DNA of 62,628 nt, filler included, from Corallochytrium limacisporum Hawaii (taxonomy: Eukaryota; Protista; Pluriformea): NCBI GenBank assembly GCA_002811645.1. It is 4 parts of 4 records of this genome, joined end to end, with 100 filler letters (N's around TTAATTAATTAA, not from the genome) between each part and the next. Parts side by side here need not be neighbours in the genome. Positions count along the whole stretch, not along the records: positions 26,520 to 52,605 come from PDIP01000186.1; positions 52,706 to 58,015 come from PDIP01000138.1; 2 more parts are not named here. One strand, written 5' to 3'. Of the stretch, positions 42,114 through 55,823 are shown one piece after another. Numbering within the stretch: position 1 is the first letter of the stretch; every line of letters begins with the position of its first letter. The position numbers were made by a program, and so were the translations under genes. The notes under the pieces are model-generated. The model did no database searches. It had not been told where the DNA came from and saw nothing but the letters and a program-made list of their open reading frames with translations.

Positions 42114-44241
42114 AACAATGCACACTTCTTCCAGCGCTGCGAAAAGCCAGCTCTATCTTTACTCAGGTGCGTACGTATCAATGATACATTTCATAAGAAG
42201 AAATTAAACATACATGTCATGTCACTATAAGAGCTAGCTTTAGATAGAAAACATGAAGCACTGTGGATCGAAACTCGTTCCCCAATGGTGTAGATAAGTG
42301 GTGGCCGTTCCAGCAGAGCCGCTTGTCATGGCCGCTGTTTGCAATGTGAGAGTGACATTTCAGGATATTGCTTGACAAATGGAAAACTCATTACAAAGCA
42401 TGTCCTGAAACCAAACTCCGCAACCAGAACCATGTTTCAACGGACAGCGACGGTCGGGCAGGATTCCAGCCTACATAACACCGCAATGACACTGACCAAT
42501 CACTGGCACTGCCAGTCACTGGAAGAATGTTTCGAACATGAACACCACTGCTTACACCGCCAGTGAACAGTTCCTGGGGGAGGGTCCACAACTTCGTCTT
42601 TACCCAGTACTGGTGGGACATAAGAAGTCCATTGTGAGTCTGTAGTTTTCACAATCGCCGTGCCCGTAGTAGGTCATTTTACACGTCTGTCTCCGGACCC
42701 AATAAGCCACGTATGCGATCAAAATATCGGCCCCTTGGGGACCAATCTAATCGTCGCCTCCCCCCCCCTCCCTCCCCCGATTTCGTTTCCAAGCGGTCAA
42801 AATCATACACGTCTACGCAACATAGACTCGAATGATGTCAAAGCGACAAAGCGTGAGGCATAGAAAAGTGATGGTACATGTACTTTAACATTCATCCTTG
42901 TCGGTAGCACGAGGTGCAAAGTGAATTCGAGGCCGGGGACACGTATCCAACACTCGCTCTCTCCGTCAGGTCAACGTTGGAGACACGAATATGGACCGTG
43001 CGCAGTCGGCTGAGATTCTATGTCGCGGCGAGAGGTTTGGCTTTGGGTTTGAAGATCGTAGTAGATGACCAGGTTGTAATAAGTGACAGCAGTACCTTAC
43101 CACCCACTCTTGCTCGGTGCCCAGTTGTGCATTCCACCGTTAAAACCAGCATGTTCTGGACAGAAAGTGAGATTCTTACTGGTCCGTTTCCCGTACCCAT
43201 TTGTTTTTCTTCACAAAATTCCGCCCTAACGGGTTGCCAACAACTGCTTACCTGGGCCGTCTCCTCAATATTTTTAATACCCGGTTGCCTAGTGGGAGTA
43301 GTTTGTACGATGGCGCAACTGCGGAGCGCTGAGATGGGAAGACAGGGCGGAGGAAGCAGGAAATTCTACTGCCAGAAGAGAATGGTGGACCGTAGCTTGT
43401 TAGTATATGGAGTCCGTGGGTTTAGAATTTTGTGACCACACGAGACAACACCGAGCAGGAAGAGACCATGGCTGTGTAAGTGTTCGGACCCGGAACCACA
43501 GAAATTCTACATGACTCTTGCTGTGTCGCACGGTCTGTGGTCTGCGGGTCCCCTCTCTACATTTCACTTCTTCAAACCGAAGGACAGGGTTTTGGATATC
43601 CGGACATTTAGTATTTAAGGGGTCGTCCATTTCTTAGATGTGCTCAATATGAATGACAAAATGATAAGGATTTGTGATAGCGGAGATTGTGGTAAAAGGC
43701 ATCGCGAAACGCGGCAATCGGCGGTACTGTGTAACTGCCGTGCGAGAGAAGGAGCCAGCCCACCTTTTTGCTTCTTTTATTCGATTACTCAACTTACCGG
43801 GTCGCCTGCTAAAGGGTTGCGATGGAATTCCGCTCTTACGGCATTGCGCGCAAGTGGCTTTATGGTCCGGCCGGGGCGGGTGAGGTTCTGGCGTGACAGC
43901 CCGCACCCTCTTCCTCCTTGAGGAGGAACTAGGACAGAAGATCTGCTAAGCGATTACGGGGATCAAGTCAGAAGGGAAATGGCAAGTCACCCCTGGTGGA
44001 AAACCCTGCTAAGTGTTTGTTCTGCAAGCGTTGGAAGGAGAGAAGAGCGGGCAACATACATCGATGTCAGTTCTCTGTCACAAGCAAGGCATTCGCAAAT
44101 TGTTCCCCGAAAGGTACTAGACCCTTTCGGAAGCAGTGTGCCCCTGTCGGCATCTGTTCGTCAGCGTGGCTATGGATGTGTACAAAGTGGGAGGCGAGAG
44201 AACTTGATCATGCTTCAAATCAGTCGACAGGTTGCAACACA

Positions 44242-45447
44242 ATGACAAGGACTACTGCTTCAGTATTGTACCTTTGGGGCCTGCTGATCACCACAGTCAG
44301 CGGCCAAACCTGCGATGCAGTGGAAAAGGTAAGGTTGAAAGTGACCTACAGAGATCTTAAGTCTGGATACGACTACAACAGCTATCGGAGAGAATTTCGT
44401 CGTCATCCGGACTGCGATGCCGATACAGGCTATCAAATTGATGGAATTGTGGAGAATGTGCTTGGTGCTGACGGCACTCCGGACATTGTGACCATTCCGG
44501 ACCCCGCCTACAATGTACACTCCTATAGAAGCTGGTGGGGTTGGTACCACGACATGGATTCTTCTGTTGAAAGAAAGTATGGTAACGTGCGTATTGAGGA
44601 TACAGTCGAGCTTACACTTGATTCTGCTACCGGCCAATACACTTTCGACTCTTCGCTGTTGGGTTCACTCGGTGGATTCTTTCCAATGGACTACCGTGGA
44701 TTCGATGACCACAACACCTACTACGACCATAATTACTGCTTTACTTCGCACATTAAGACCTCATTTACATACCAGGGAGATGAGACCTTCACATTCAGGG
44801 GTGATGATGACGTCTGGGTCTTCGTTGATAAGCGTCTGTTGATCGATATGGGGGGACTTCATCCAGCGGTATGCCGTACAATGAGACTTGGCGACAGTTC
44901 TCCCTACCCCAGCCTGCCCTGGGCATGCACCTCCGTATCTCTTCCCCAATGGTTCAGGGACAACTTGGTGATTGGCGAGACTTATCAATTTGACATGTTC
45001 CACGCTGAACGTCACACAACAGCATCTAACTTTTACGTGACGACCACCCTTGCCTTCCAGGGAGAGACAGAGACCAGCTTTAACTATATTGATACTCCGG
45101 CGGCTACGCAAGAAATCACTGTGGGTCCTCCCCAGACATACAATTACGTTCTGGAGATCAGTGGAGTGCCCGATGTTAATGTTAATGTGAATTGTTTCGC
45201 TACCGATACGGACGACATTGGCGGAACGCAAGTCGCCAGTACAAAAGTGGAAGCTGACATAACGAACCCGGTATGGGCGGGATGTACGGACTGTGACGGT
45301 TGTTACACCACGTATACTCGCCGGGTGACTATCCCTGTGGACATCAAGCAAGTTGGCACGTATTACTTGTGGTGCACAACGTCATCAAGTGGTGTGTACA
45401 ATGGACTGGCCACAACGGGTGTAAAAATTGATGCTGTGCCTCTTTAG
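44242..45447 (+). CDS. Secreted fibro-slime/PA14-domain protein, copy 1
   Basis: Signal peptide MTRTTASVLYLWGLLITTVSG; YRD..HPD, GFFP, FTFRGDDDVWVFVD, DMGGLH, FHAERHT..SNF; Cys-containing beta-rich C-terminal domain. Confidence 0.88.
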   Translation: MTRTTASVLYLWGLLITTVSGQTCDAVEKVRLKVTYRDLKSGYDYNSYRREFRRHPDCDADTGYQIDGIVENVLGADGTPDIVTIPDPAYNVHSYRSWWGWYHDMDSSVERKYGNVRIEDTVELTLDSATGQYTFDSSLLGSLGGFFPMDYRGFDDHNTYYDHNYCFTSHIKTSFTYQGDETFTFRGDDDVWVFVDKRLLIDMGGLHPAVCRTMRLGDSSPYPSLPWACTSVSLPQWFRDNLVIGETYQFDMFHAERHTTASNFYVTTTLAFQGETETSFNYIDTPAATQEITVGPPQTYNYVLEISGVPDVNVNVNCFATDTDDIGGTQVASTKVEADITNPVWAGCTDCDGCYTTYTRRVTIPVDIKQVGTYYLWCTTSSSGVYNGLATTGVKIDAVPL

Positions 45448-47883
45448 GTACTAACTGGACCCTACCAGCTTACTATGCTACGATCCAATGGTACTGGAAA
45501 TGCAAGTGGTTTGGTGGAAACCAAGCGTTACGGGTCCTCAGCAACTGGATAATTTATTATCCGGAACACTTGTAAATTACATTTGAACAACCCCCCCCCT
45601 TTCCTCTCTTTTTTTTTTTTTCCGGGAAATGGAAGGCAAGGGTGAGAAAGAATATCCTCCTCCAGCTGCTAGAAAGGAATGTCTCGAGGGGAGTCCACTG
45701 GCAATCCGATTCTCCGGGACGCCACCGGAGGTGAGGGCGGCAATGAAGGCAAAAACAGTTAAACCACAAAAAAAAAATCAAAACAAAAGAAAAGGGCGAA
45801 AAACGAGGGAGAAAAAGAGCTGCCAAAGAACTACTGGCTCAGTCGGGCTAAAGGTCCCGACGTCAGCCGGTCTGGTCCGTAGTGCGCGTCGGCTGTGCCA
45901 TACTTTTGGTGCGTAAAACGGGGTCACTTCTTTATTTTTTTTTCCGCAAATGAGGAACCGGGCCGATTTTTTTCAGGTGAGGTCATCAACAGAATAAGGA
46001 GTTGGATAGAGTTGTCTGCTGCGGTTTCGGGAGATCACTTCAGGGCAACATGTGTACCACCGAATGGATACACTCCATTTGAACCATCGGGTTTTGGTTG
46101 CGGGAGTGTTGTCGGTGTCTTTCACGTTTTCATCAACGGAGTCGTCTTCATCTTAACTTGAATAAGGGGGTTGCGATGGAATCCCGCGCCTTCCCCACTG
46201 TGCGCAACTGCCTATTGCGGTGTGCCCTGGTCAACTGCCAGCGTCACCCCACACAAGTGTTCGCTTGGGAGAGGTCCGGCGTGCCCTCCACCCGCTTCCC
46301 CCTTCCTTTCACTCCCTTCCTTTTCCCGGGAGGAACTGTGCGGAGCGAAGTGTGCGCGGAAGTTGCCTTTCGCAGGCCCCCCCCCCCCGGGGGGGAAAGG
46401 TCAGAAGTTTTGGCCTCTTGCACTGTCGAGTGCAACAAGTAGAATGCTCTTTGAAGGATTGCTCTGCCGCAGAATGAGAACTGTCTCATTGGACAGAAAC
46501 ATTCATGCTAATTCTGTCTGCACAGTGTGTCTGTGAATCGAAAACAAAGGTCCAAGAGAGATCCGAAGGATTCTATAACATTTGTTGGCACTTTTGATAT
46601 TCGTATTTCAAGGCGACTGGTGAGTGTGTACAGGGTGTGAGACCAGTCATCCCCCGCAATGAGATGAAATCAAAGTTTCGTAAGAATAGGGATAACATGA
46701 AAACATTCTGTATGTCAGTGACAGTCCTTTGGACGCTGCTCTTCGGAGCGGCTACTGCGCAAACGTGCGATACGAATCGAACGGTCAAGTTGAAAGTTAT
46801 CTACAGAGATCTCATGTCAGGGTACAGGTACAGCTACTATACGAACAATTACTATCGTCATCCTGACTGTGAATACGGCGCAGGCTCTTACGTCACCTAT
46901 GGTATTGTGAGGGATACGCTTGGTACTGATGGCACTCCCCAACTTACGAGCCTTCCAGCCCCAAACAACATGGTGTACTCTACAGGGAGCTGGTGGGGTT
47001 GGTACCACGACATGGACACCAATCGCTATGGCAGGTATGGCAACGTGCGTGTTGAGGATACAGTCGAGCTTACACTTGATTCTGCTATCGGCCAATACAC
47101 TTTCGACTCTTCGCTGTTGGGTTCTCGCGGAGGGTTCTTTCCAATGGACTACCGTGGATTCGATGACCACAACACCGACTATGGCCATAATTACTGCTTT
47201 ACTTCGCACATTAAGACCTCATTTACATACCAGGGAGATGAGACCTTCACATTCAGGGGTGATGATGACGTCTGGGTCTTCGTTGATAAGCGTCTGTTGA
47301 TCGATATGGGGGGACTTCATCCAGCGGTATGCCGTACAATGAGACTTGGCGACAGTTCTCCCTACCCCAGCCTGCCCTGGGCATGCACCTCCGTATCTCT
47401 TCCCCAATGGTTCAGGGACAACTTGGTGATTGGCGAGACTTATCAATTTGACATGTTCCACGCTGAACGTCACACAACAGCATCTAACTTTTACGTGACG
47501 ACCACCCTTGCCTTCCAGGGAGAGACAGAGACCAGCTTTAACTATATTGATACTCCGGCGGCTACGCAAGAAATCACTGTGGGTCCTCCCCAGACATACA
47601 ATTACGTTCTGGAGATCAGTGGAGTGCCCGATGTTAATGTTAATGTGAATTGTTTCGCTACCGATACGGACGACATTGGCGGAACGCAAGTCGCCAGTAC
47701 AAAAGTGGAAGCTGACATAACGAACCCGGTATGGGCGGGATGTACGGACTGTGACGGTTGTTACACCACGTATACTCGCCGGGTGACTATCCCTGTGGAC
47801 ATCAAGCAAGTTGGCACGTATTACTTGTGGTGCACAACGTCATCAAGTGGTGTGTACAATGGACTGGCCACAACGGGTGTAAA
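44727..47883 (+). repeat. Direct repeat: 44727-45425 identical to 47185-47883
   Basis: No mismatch seen by eye over about 700 nt; the antisense ORFs 44761-45351 and 47219-47809 translate identically. Confidence 0.9.
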
Positions 47884-47905
47884 GATTGACGCTGTGCCTA
47901 CTTAA
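46697..47905 (+). CDS. Secreted fibro-slime/PA14-domain protein, copy 2 (tandem paralogue)
   Basis: Signal peptide MKTFCMSVTVLWTLLFGAATA; same motifs as copy 1; the 3' part is identical to copy 1 at an offset of 2458 nt. Confidence 0.88.
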   Translation: MKTFCMSVTVLWTLLFGAATAQTCDTNRTVKLKVIYRDLMSGYRYSYYTNNYYRHPDCEYGAGSYVTYGIVRDTLGTDGTPQLTSLPAPNNMVYSTGSWWGWYHDMDTNRYGRYGNVRVEDTVELTLDSAIGQYTFDSSLLGSRGGFFPMDYRGFDDHNTDYGHNYCFTSHIKTSFTYQGDETFTFRGDDDVWVFVDKRLLIDMGGLHPAVCRTMRLGDSSPYPSLPWACTSVSLPQWFRDNLVIGETYQFDMFHAERHTTASNFYVTTTLAFQGETETSFNYIDTPAATQEITVGPPQTYNYVLEISGVPDVNVNVNCFATDTDDIGGTQVASTKVEADITNPVWAGCTDCDGCYTTYTRRVTIPVDIKQVGTYYLWCTTSSSGVYNGLATTGVKIDAVPT

Positions 47906-50900
47906 GTGAGCATATTCAACAAGATATTGTTGTTAGAATCAATTGTTTCACCGGGACTATGAATAAATTCTGTAATTTATACATCTGGTTGTCACGTGAA
48001 TGTACCGTCAAGGAGTTCTGCTTCTAGGGCGACCTTTTCCTCCGACACGATGGAATTGAGGAGCACCGTGGCAAAACTTGGGGGATTATAAAAATTGACT
48101 GATAACATTCGCAACCATGAACTTTACAGACAAACGTCGCTGAAGCCCAAACACTGCCATCCAGACTTTGCTGAAGCCGTGTTGTGGTGGCTGTGGGACT
48201 GCGCACAATGATGTGTGCCGCTACTCCATGGCTGAGTTTGATCCTTCAAAGCTCTGCTCCTGCCGCTCAACCCCCCCCTCCCGCCCCGGGGGCAGGGGAC
48301 GGTGTAAGGGGGGGATATCAAACGGGCCTGACTGGGCTTGGTTTTGCCGGGTCATCGGTCCCTCACTCAAACTTGCGAAAGAAAACGCAAGACGAATGGA
48401 CAGGGAAGGCGACGGAAATGGGAGGATACGGACGGGCACACACCGAGAAAAAAAGACGCGCCCTCTTCGATCCCGTAGTTTTCGGTGCCTTGCCCACTCT
48501 CTCCCCTGGGGCAGGGAGCCGGTAGGGAGAAAGGAAAACCGGAAGCCGGCACGTTACACCCCCCCCCCTTCGGGCGGCAATCGACTGGACGCACGCGGCT
48601 GGCTCATGGCTGAGAGGACTACCAGCCACACCTTTGCTGATCAATTTAGTCTGCGAGGGAGGCACTAGTGTTCGGCCAGCCGCACCTGGGGAACTAACTA
48701 CGACACATTTAGAAATAAAACAAAAGGTAGTCATAGTCCTGCTATTTACGTAGGGCAAGGTTCTCAATCAAGACGATCGCTTTCGCTACCGTGCGTGTGG
48801 TGTCGGTCGTTTGTGCGTCATGCAAGGGTATATTAGCTGCCGCTGCTCACTGCGAACACCGTGCCCATTCTACAGAACTCGTGGTCTTCCCAATGTGGCC
48901 CGGTGCCTGAGGAGGCGGCGCATCTCTTGACTGTAGCCCACCCGCCCCGGGGGAGGGAGGGGGGGGGAGAGGTGTGTACGTTCTGGGGTTTCTAGGATAA
49001 ATTTTGTTACGCGTGGTGTGACAGTCCTACAGGAAACTTATTCCCCTTTTCGGATGTTGTGATTCTTAGGGTACCGTTGCACAAGAAACTGAAGACGACA
49101 GCATGATGCGTCACCTTTGCCAATGGTGTTCGGTCGGTTCTAGGCCATGATGACTTTATTCCGCTCGCCTTTGACGATCCCATATCGGCAAAATCAAAGG
49201 CTAAACGCATGGTGAATCGCAGAACTTCCCGGCAATGGTCAAGAATCTCAACAGTTACCGAATCCTTTGGACGAACAGGGCGGATTGCCGGAACTTGTTG
49301 TGAGGGAAACATCAGGCAAACGACTGGAAACGAGTCTCCAGCGCTTCGATTCCATGACAGCAGATATGAGACTGCGACTATGGATAACCCACCAAATCGT
49401 GTAGTACCCATCTGCTTCGAGGGTGACACTCGCCAGAGGGTGTGGTTTGTGTGACATTCAACTTTCCGTGGGTGGCCCACAAGTGCTCACATATTTGAAG
49501 TCTGTATTCAAGCAACAGCAGGACGCAAGCGGATGATACCCACTTCTCGCATTGTACGGGCGCATGCACGATGGTCCTATTGCAGCACCAAGGTTTGTTG
49601 TTCGTTTGGAAACACACGAGTCCAGAAAACCCCTATTCCACTCGCCAAGAAGTATGGAGGACAGATCGATCAGATTTGTCTGCAATCTAGCCTTAATCTG
49701 ACCATTGTGTCCATTCAAGTCATCCCAACGACATGCTGGACCGACAGAACGGTGGTTAGAACCCCAGTTCAATAGACGAGCTTGCTCATGGCTTAACGAC
49801 ATACTTAGGTCGAGTGTATCTCTACGGATGCTGTGTGGGATGTGGCTATAATATCACAAACACTATGTGCGATCATGTTCATCAGCAATGGTGGAACGGG
49901 GCTAGATGAGAAGTCCGATGTACATACCGGGTTCTGCAGGTCCGGTGCAGTGTGTTGCTGAGGCTCCGCGTGAACAGTTTGTCGAGATCCTTCACAATCA
50001 ATTCACGTAGTGTAATGAAGACGAAACAAAGATAGATTCTCTACCACTGGATCCGGCTTTGTCCAATGTGATAAGTGGCAATCGGACGACCCCCGTGACT
50101 TGTTTCCAGTATACATCTTAGGTATCCTGTTGGAAAATTGGGTGCAGTGTTTCCGCGGAACAGTGCCGCGACGATGCCTTCAACTTCCCTACGGAACGGG
50201 TGTCCATCAGTACACCCTATTCCTGGCATCCGGGAGCATCCCGAAGCCTCTCGGAGCTAACGGTTTGTAAAACAAGGTGCCTCGGTGATTCCTGCCGAGG
50301 GACCACAATACCGACAAGCTGCCTGTTTCACGGACCGGGTCAATTGGAATGAAAGAGTTCCACTTCCCCCCCGGGAGGGGGCGATCGAACAGAGTCGCAA
50401 AAGACCTGTGATTGAAGTGTCGATCCAGATTATCGACCCGCGCCTGTTGCGGGCGCCTCGAGCAAGCAACGTCAAGAAAGGTAATCTGAATGCAACAATG
50501 ATGTTGCTACAACAATGTGATCAAGTTCATGGTTGTGCAAGGAAATCTTGAGACCACGAGTCGCCCTTGTGGGTAACAGGTCGCGTTGTAACAGCTGACG
50601 AATGTCATTGGATGTCCCCACAAGAATCTCCATTGCCAAAGACAATTCTGAATATCTGAAACCTAAGAACTGGACTGGTAATAACGAGTTGAGCTCTGAA
50701 AGTTCTTCGTTGGACAGATTCAAGACATAGCTTATCAAACGGCATGCTCATCACGCAACAGAAGGCCATCGGCTTCGTCCTGTCTGTCGTCGTACTTTGC
50801 TCTTCTGACTCTGTAATGTTTCAGGGGCAGGGTAGCTCGTGAAAAATACCTCATGAAGACGATACAATAGGGACCTACGAGCGCCAGTCCATGACACTTG

Positions 50901-51016
50901 ATTTGAACAAACAGAACTCTTCTATCGCAGGTACTTAAGGATCGACTGATCTGCATAGCAGTCGAAGATTTCTGCCTGTGTAATCCGTATCAGCATGCGC
51001 AAACGAAACGTACACC

Positions 51017-52405
51017 ATGACGTTATTGCTTCTATTTACTGCACTCGCCTTTATAGCAGTTGCGAAGATCATACAGGCAGCTCCTACTAGCAGTCACATC
51101 TTCCCCACAACTCTACCGGATCCGTCTCTTAATGTCCAAGTACAAGCTTTGGATTCGGTCACCACCATAACCTATGTTCCCCTTCCGCCCTACTGCTCGG
51201 CGCCTTTCGCTACTTGTGACATGAGCCTGTTGCAGCAGGGGAATAACAATGAAAACATACTGGCGGCAATTGGCGCAAATTGTGACACCAAGGCGATAGC
51301 TAAGGAATACGTTGTTCAGAAGGATAACCTGGAAAGCTTCATCCTCCAATTCATCGGAAATTTCAATTCCGTGTCCCCCGGAGAAGCCATGGACAGTATT
51401 GCGGCTTGGTGGTCAGTGATGTCAAAGATGACTGTGCTATGGGGACCCCTTCTCCAAGCGCCATTCTTTGACACAGACGTGAGCAAAGACGATCTGAAAG
51501 CCTACAAACAGAAACTCTTTTCGGTGATGCAAGGTTCGGACGAGACACCCTGCGCCACCGAAGAGTATGGGCAAGCTGACGGTATTCCATATGCAATTGG
51601 TTTCCCCCTGTATGACATGTACAACGCCGGGTTGTTCCCAGTCCCTGCCCAAGTGCGGAGCACCTGGTGGACGATGGACTATACGCGTACTCCAATGCAT
51701 GTACAGTACGACATGAATACTAATACGGCGCCTTCATGCGATACGGAAAGTATTACCTACGAGAAGGACGTGGCCAAGACAACGAGCGCCACCAACAGTT
51801 ACTCAATCTCCGATTCCTTCACATTGTCTACCCAGACCAAGACAACCACTGAAGTGAATGCAAAGATGGCAGGCATGGGAGCAAGCGTAAAGGAAGAAGT
51901 CACAGTAGGATTTTCCAATACCATTGCGGCCTCCTACAGTGAGTCTACGACGGTCACCCGTTCTACTACCACAAAGGTATCAAACTCATATACTGCGCAC
52001 ATTCCGCCTTTCGCCTTCTCCAACGTCACCCAGTACGTAGATCAAGTTCACGTAAACCTGGGATACACCAATGATGTCGAATATTTGGACTCCCAGATTG
52101 TCAAGCCATTTACTTCTCTGCAGAAACAATATCATGCAGGTACAAGCACTTACACTACAACCATGGCTGAGATAAAAGAACTCGTTGTCGAGGCCGCCAA
52201 GTTGCTGGGCGTGACATTTACTCCCTTCTTCGAGGATGTCATCACAACTGCTTCAGTGACTGGAACGGCGTCCACTGTACAGGGCATGGCTGTAAACACT
52301 CTCCATAACGCATGCGACCTAAACGCTATTTATGACAATCTCATACCGCCAAATGAATGTACCGCTCTGGAGGCCATGACATACCCTCCAGGCACATCCT
52401 GCTAA
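51017..52405 (+). CDS. Secreted protein with aerolysin/ETX-MTX2-like beta-pore-forming domain
   Basis: Signal peptide; Ser/Thr-rich alternating strands (ESITYEKDVAKTTSATNSYSISDSFTLS...) flank an amphipathic hairpin (EVNAKMAGMGASVKEEVTVGFSNTI), followed by TTTKVSNSYTAHIPP and VHVNLGYT, the layout of this family. Confidence 0.65.
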   Translation: MTLLLLFTALAFIAVAKIIQAAPTSSHIFPTTLPDPSLNVQVQALDSVTTITYVPLPPYCSAPFATCDMSLLQQGNNNENILAAIGANCDTKAIAKEYVVQKDNLESFILQFIGNFNSVSPGEAMDSIAAWWSVMSKMTVLWGPLLQAPFFDTDVSKDDLKAYKQKLFSVMQGSDETPCATEEYGQADGIPYAIGFPLYDMYNAGLFPVPAQVRSTWWTMDYTRTPMHVQYDMNTNTAPSCDTESITYEKDVAKTTSATNSYSISDSFTLSTQTKTTTEVNAKMAGMGASVKEEVTVGFSNTIAASYSESTTVTRSTTTKVSNSYTAHIPPFAFSNVTQYVDQVHVNLGYTNDVEYLDSQIVKPFTSLQKQYHAGTSTYTTTMAEIKELVVEAAKLLGVTFTPFFEDVITTASVTGTASTVQGMAVNTLHNACDLNAIYDNLIPPNECTALEAMTYPPGTSC

Positions 52406-52590
52406 GTGAAAGTGAGCGCCCCCAAGACGCTCTGCGGCGAGGGCGTGTATCTCATTACATTAGAATTCTCGTGACCCAAATCCTAGATTCAAACAATTCA
52501 TTTCTTCTTAATACGATTCTTCCAATACAGAAGCATCTGAGGCATAGCACATTCTGGTGTGGATGGTCTCGTAGGTATATCGTAGGCAAC

Positions 52591-52605
52591 GTTAGGGTTA
52601 GGGTT
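52591..52605 (+). repeat. Telomere-type repeat (TTAGGG)n at contig end
   Basis: GTTAGGGTTAGGGTT runs directly into the linker Ns, with the G-strand oriented toward the end. Confidence 0.75.
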
Positions 52606-52705
52606 NNNNNNNNNNNNNNNNNNNNNNNNNNNNNNNNNNNNNNNNNNNNTTAATTAATTAANNNNNNNNNNNNNNNNNNNNNNNNNNNNNNNNNNNNNNN
52701 NNNNN
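52606..52705. other. Artificial contig linker
   Basis: 44N-TTAATTAATTAA-44N. Confidence 0.95.
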
Positions 52706-53249
52706 CCGCCCGCCCCCGGGGGAAGGACACAGAGAGAGAGAGAGAGAGAGCACACAAAGAGAACAAAATGTCAAAGACACGAGGCGGAGAGACCGTGCGA
52801 TGACTACTGCGCGGGGTGGATGGGTTCCAGGGTGGGTTTCCCTGGGGAAAAAAACGGGGAGGGGGGACCAAGCGCGCCGTTGAGGTGGGAGCCATGTGGG
52901 TAAAGGCTGGCGAAACTGCTGCCTTGGGACACGTTTAGCCAAGAGCGCATGGGATGCGGCCGTTGGCTTGCTGGCCATTTATGGTTCAAATTTATCGTTT
53001 CAGTCTTTTCAGTGTTGAGCTAAAATATTGTTGATCATTATGTTCTCAGGGGAAATAATGATCGTCGTATTTGAGAAGCGCTAGTGTGGGAACGGCTTGC
53101 TGAGGAGCCCAATGAGAATATTCCGTTAGAAATTTCTACAGGCTGTAACGTTCGTACAATTCTTCATTTCTCCTACATTGGGATAAGATCAAAACAGTTT
53201 TGTTATTCCAGTTGAGTTCTTTCTTTCTGTTTCAGTTTGGAAGTTTTAG

Positions 53250-55097
<1,848 letters not shown>

Positions 55098-55823
55098 ACA
55101 GCGCAGACACCATCGCACGCTTCCTCCGACATCCTTTGTCCCGCGCTAAAGATGCAGGACATCCATTCGGGAAATTGAAATTTAGAAGCGTAGCGTAGCT
55201 CACCGTTGAAAGGGCGGTGTAATGTTTTGGTAACGACTCTACAAAGGGTTTTAAAGAATTGCGAACAGGGGCATCCTTTTGGTAAGCTTACCTGATCATC
55301 GTTTATGTTTAAAGAAACGAGACCTTCAGTTTATGAAAGGTCTCACCGGGTTTAAAGAAATGCACGGAGAATCCAAGAATGGGTTTAATGGAAGATTTTG
55401 CAAAAGCAATTGAGACATAGTTTGCTATCAGATAACCACACGCATCACCCAGCATGTATTCCGAAGCTCCCAGAGGGTCAAGTTGAATAATACATGCCAT
55501 GATGAATGGCCTAGCAAGCTATCTACCATTTCCTTTGTGAAAACCACTACTACAAACCGCTCTTGTACACAGTTGCTGATTTCCCTCAAACCCATGAAAC
55601 TTGATGATCATGTTCTCTCTCAATATCTATAACCGCGTTTCCAGACACATCAAACAATCGTCCTTTGTGCGCAGTGTCAGTGCTGACTTTTCGTTCATGT
55701 GTTGTTCTTCTGCCAGTGTGTCCATAGTCCTAATATTCTTCGTTTTTCATTTTCAATCAGAATGTATTCTTTTATACTTTATTTTACAATATACTTAATC
55801 CAATCATACACTATCCTGTACCG

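Noticed and set aside
44305-47200. PA14 paralogue variation as a DGR-like template/variable pair
   Set aside because: Differences are not adenine-specific, include indels, and no reverse transcriptase is present.
55334-55418. GAAAGGTCTCA...CAATTGAGAC resembles the RNase P P4 pseudoknot halves
   Set aside because: Only about 65 nt separate the halves, too short for the intervening domains, and the 5' half already pairs in a local hairpin.
55499-55580. ATGATGA...CTGA, a box C/D-like pair
   Set aside because: No terminal stem and no recognisable rRNA-antisense element next to the D box.
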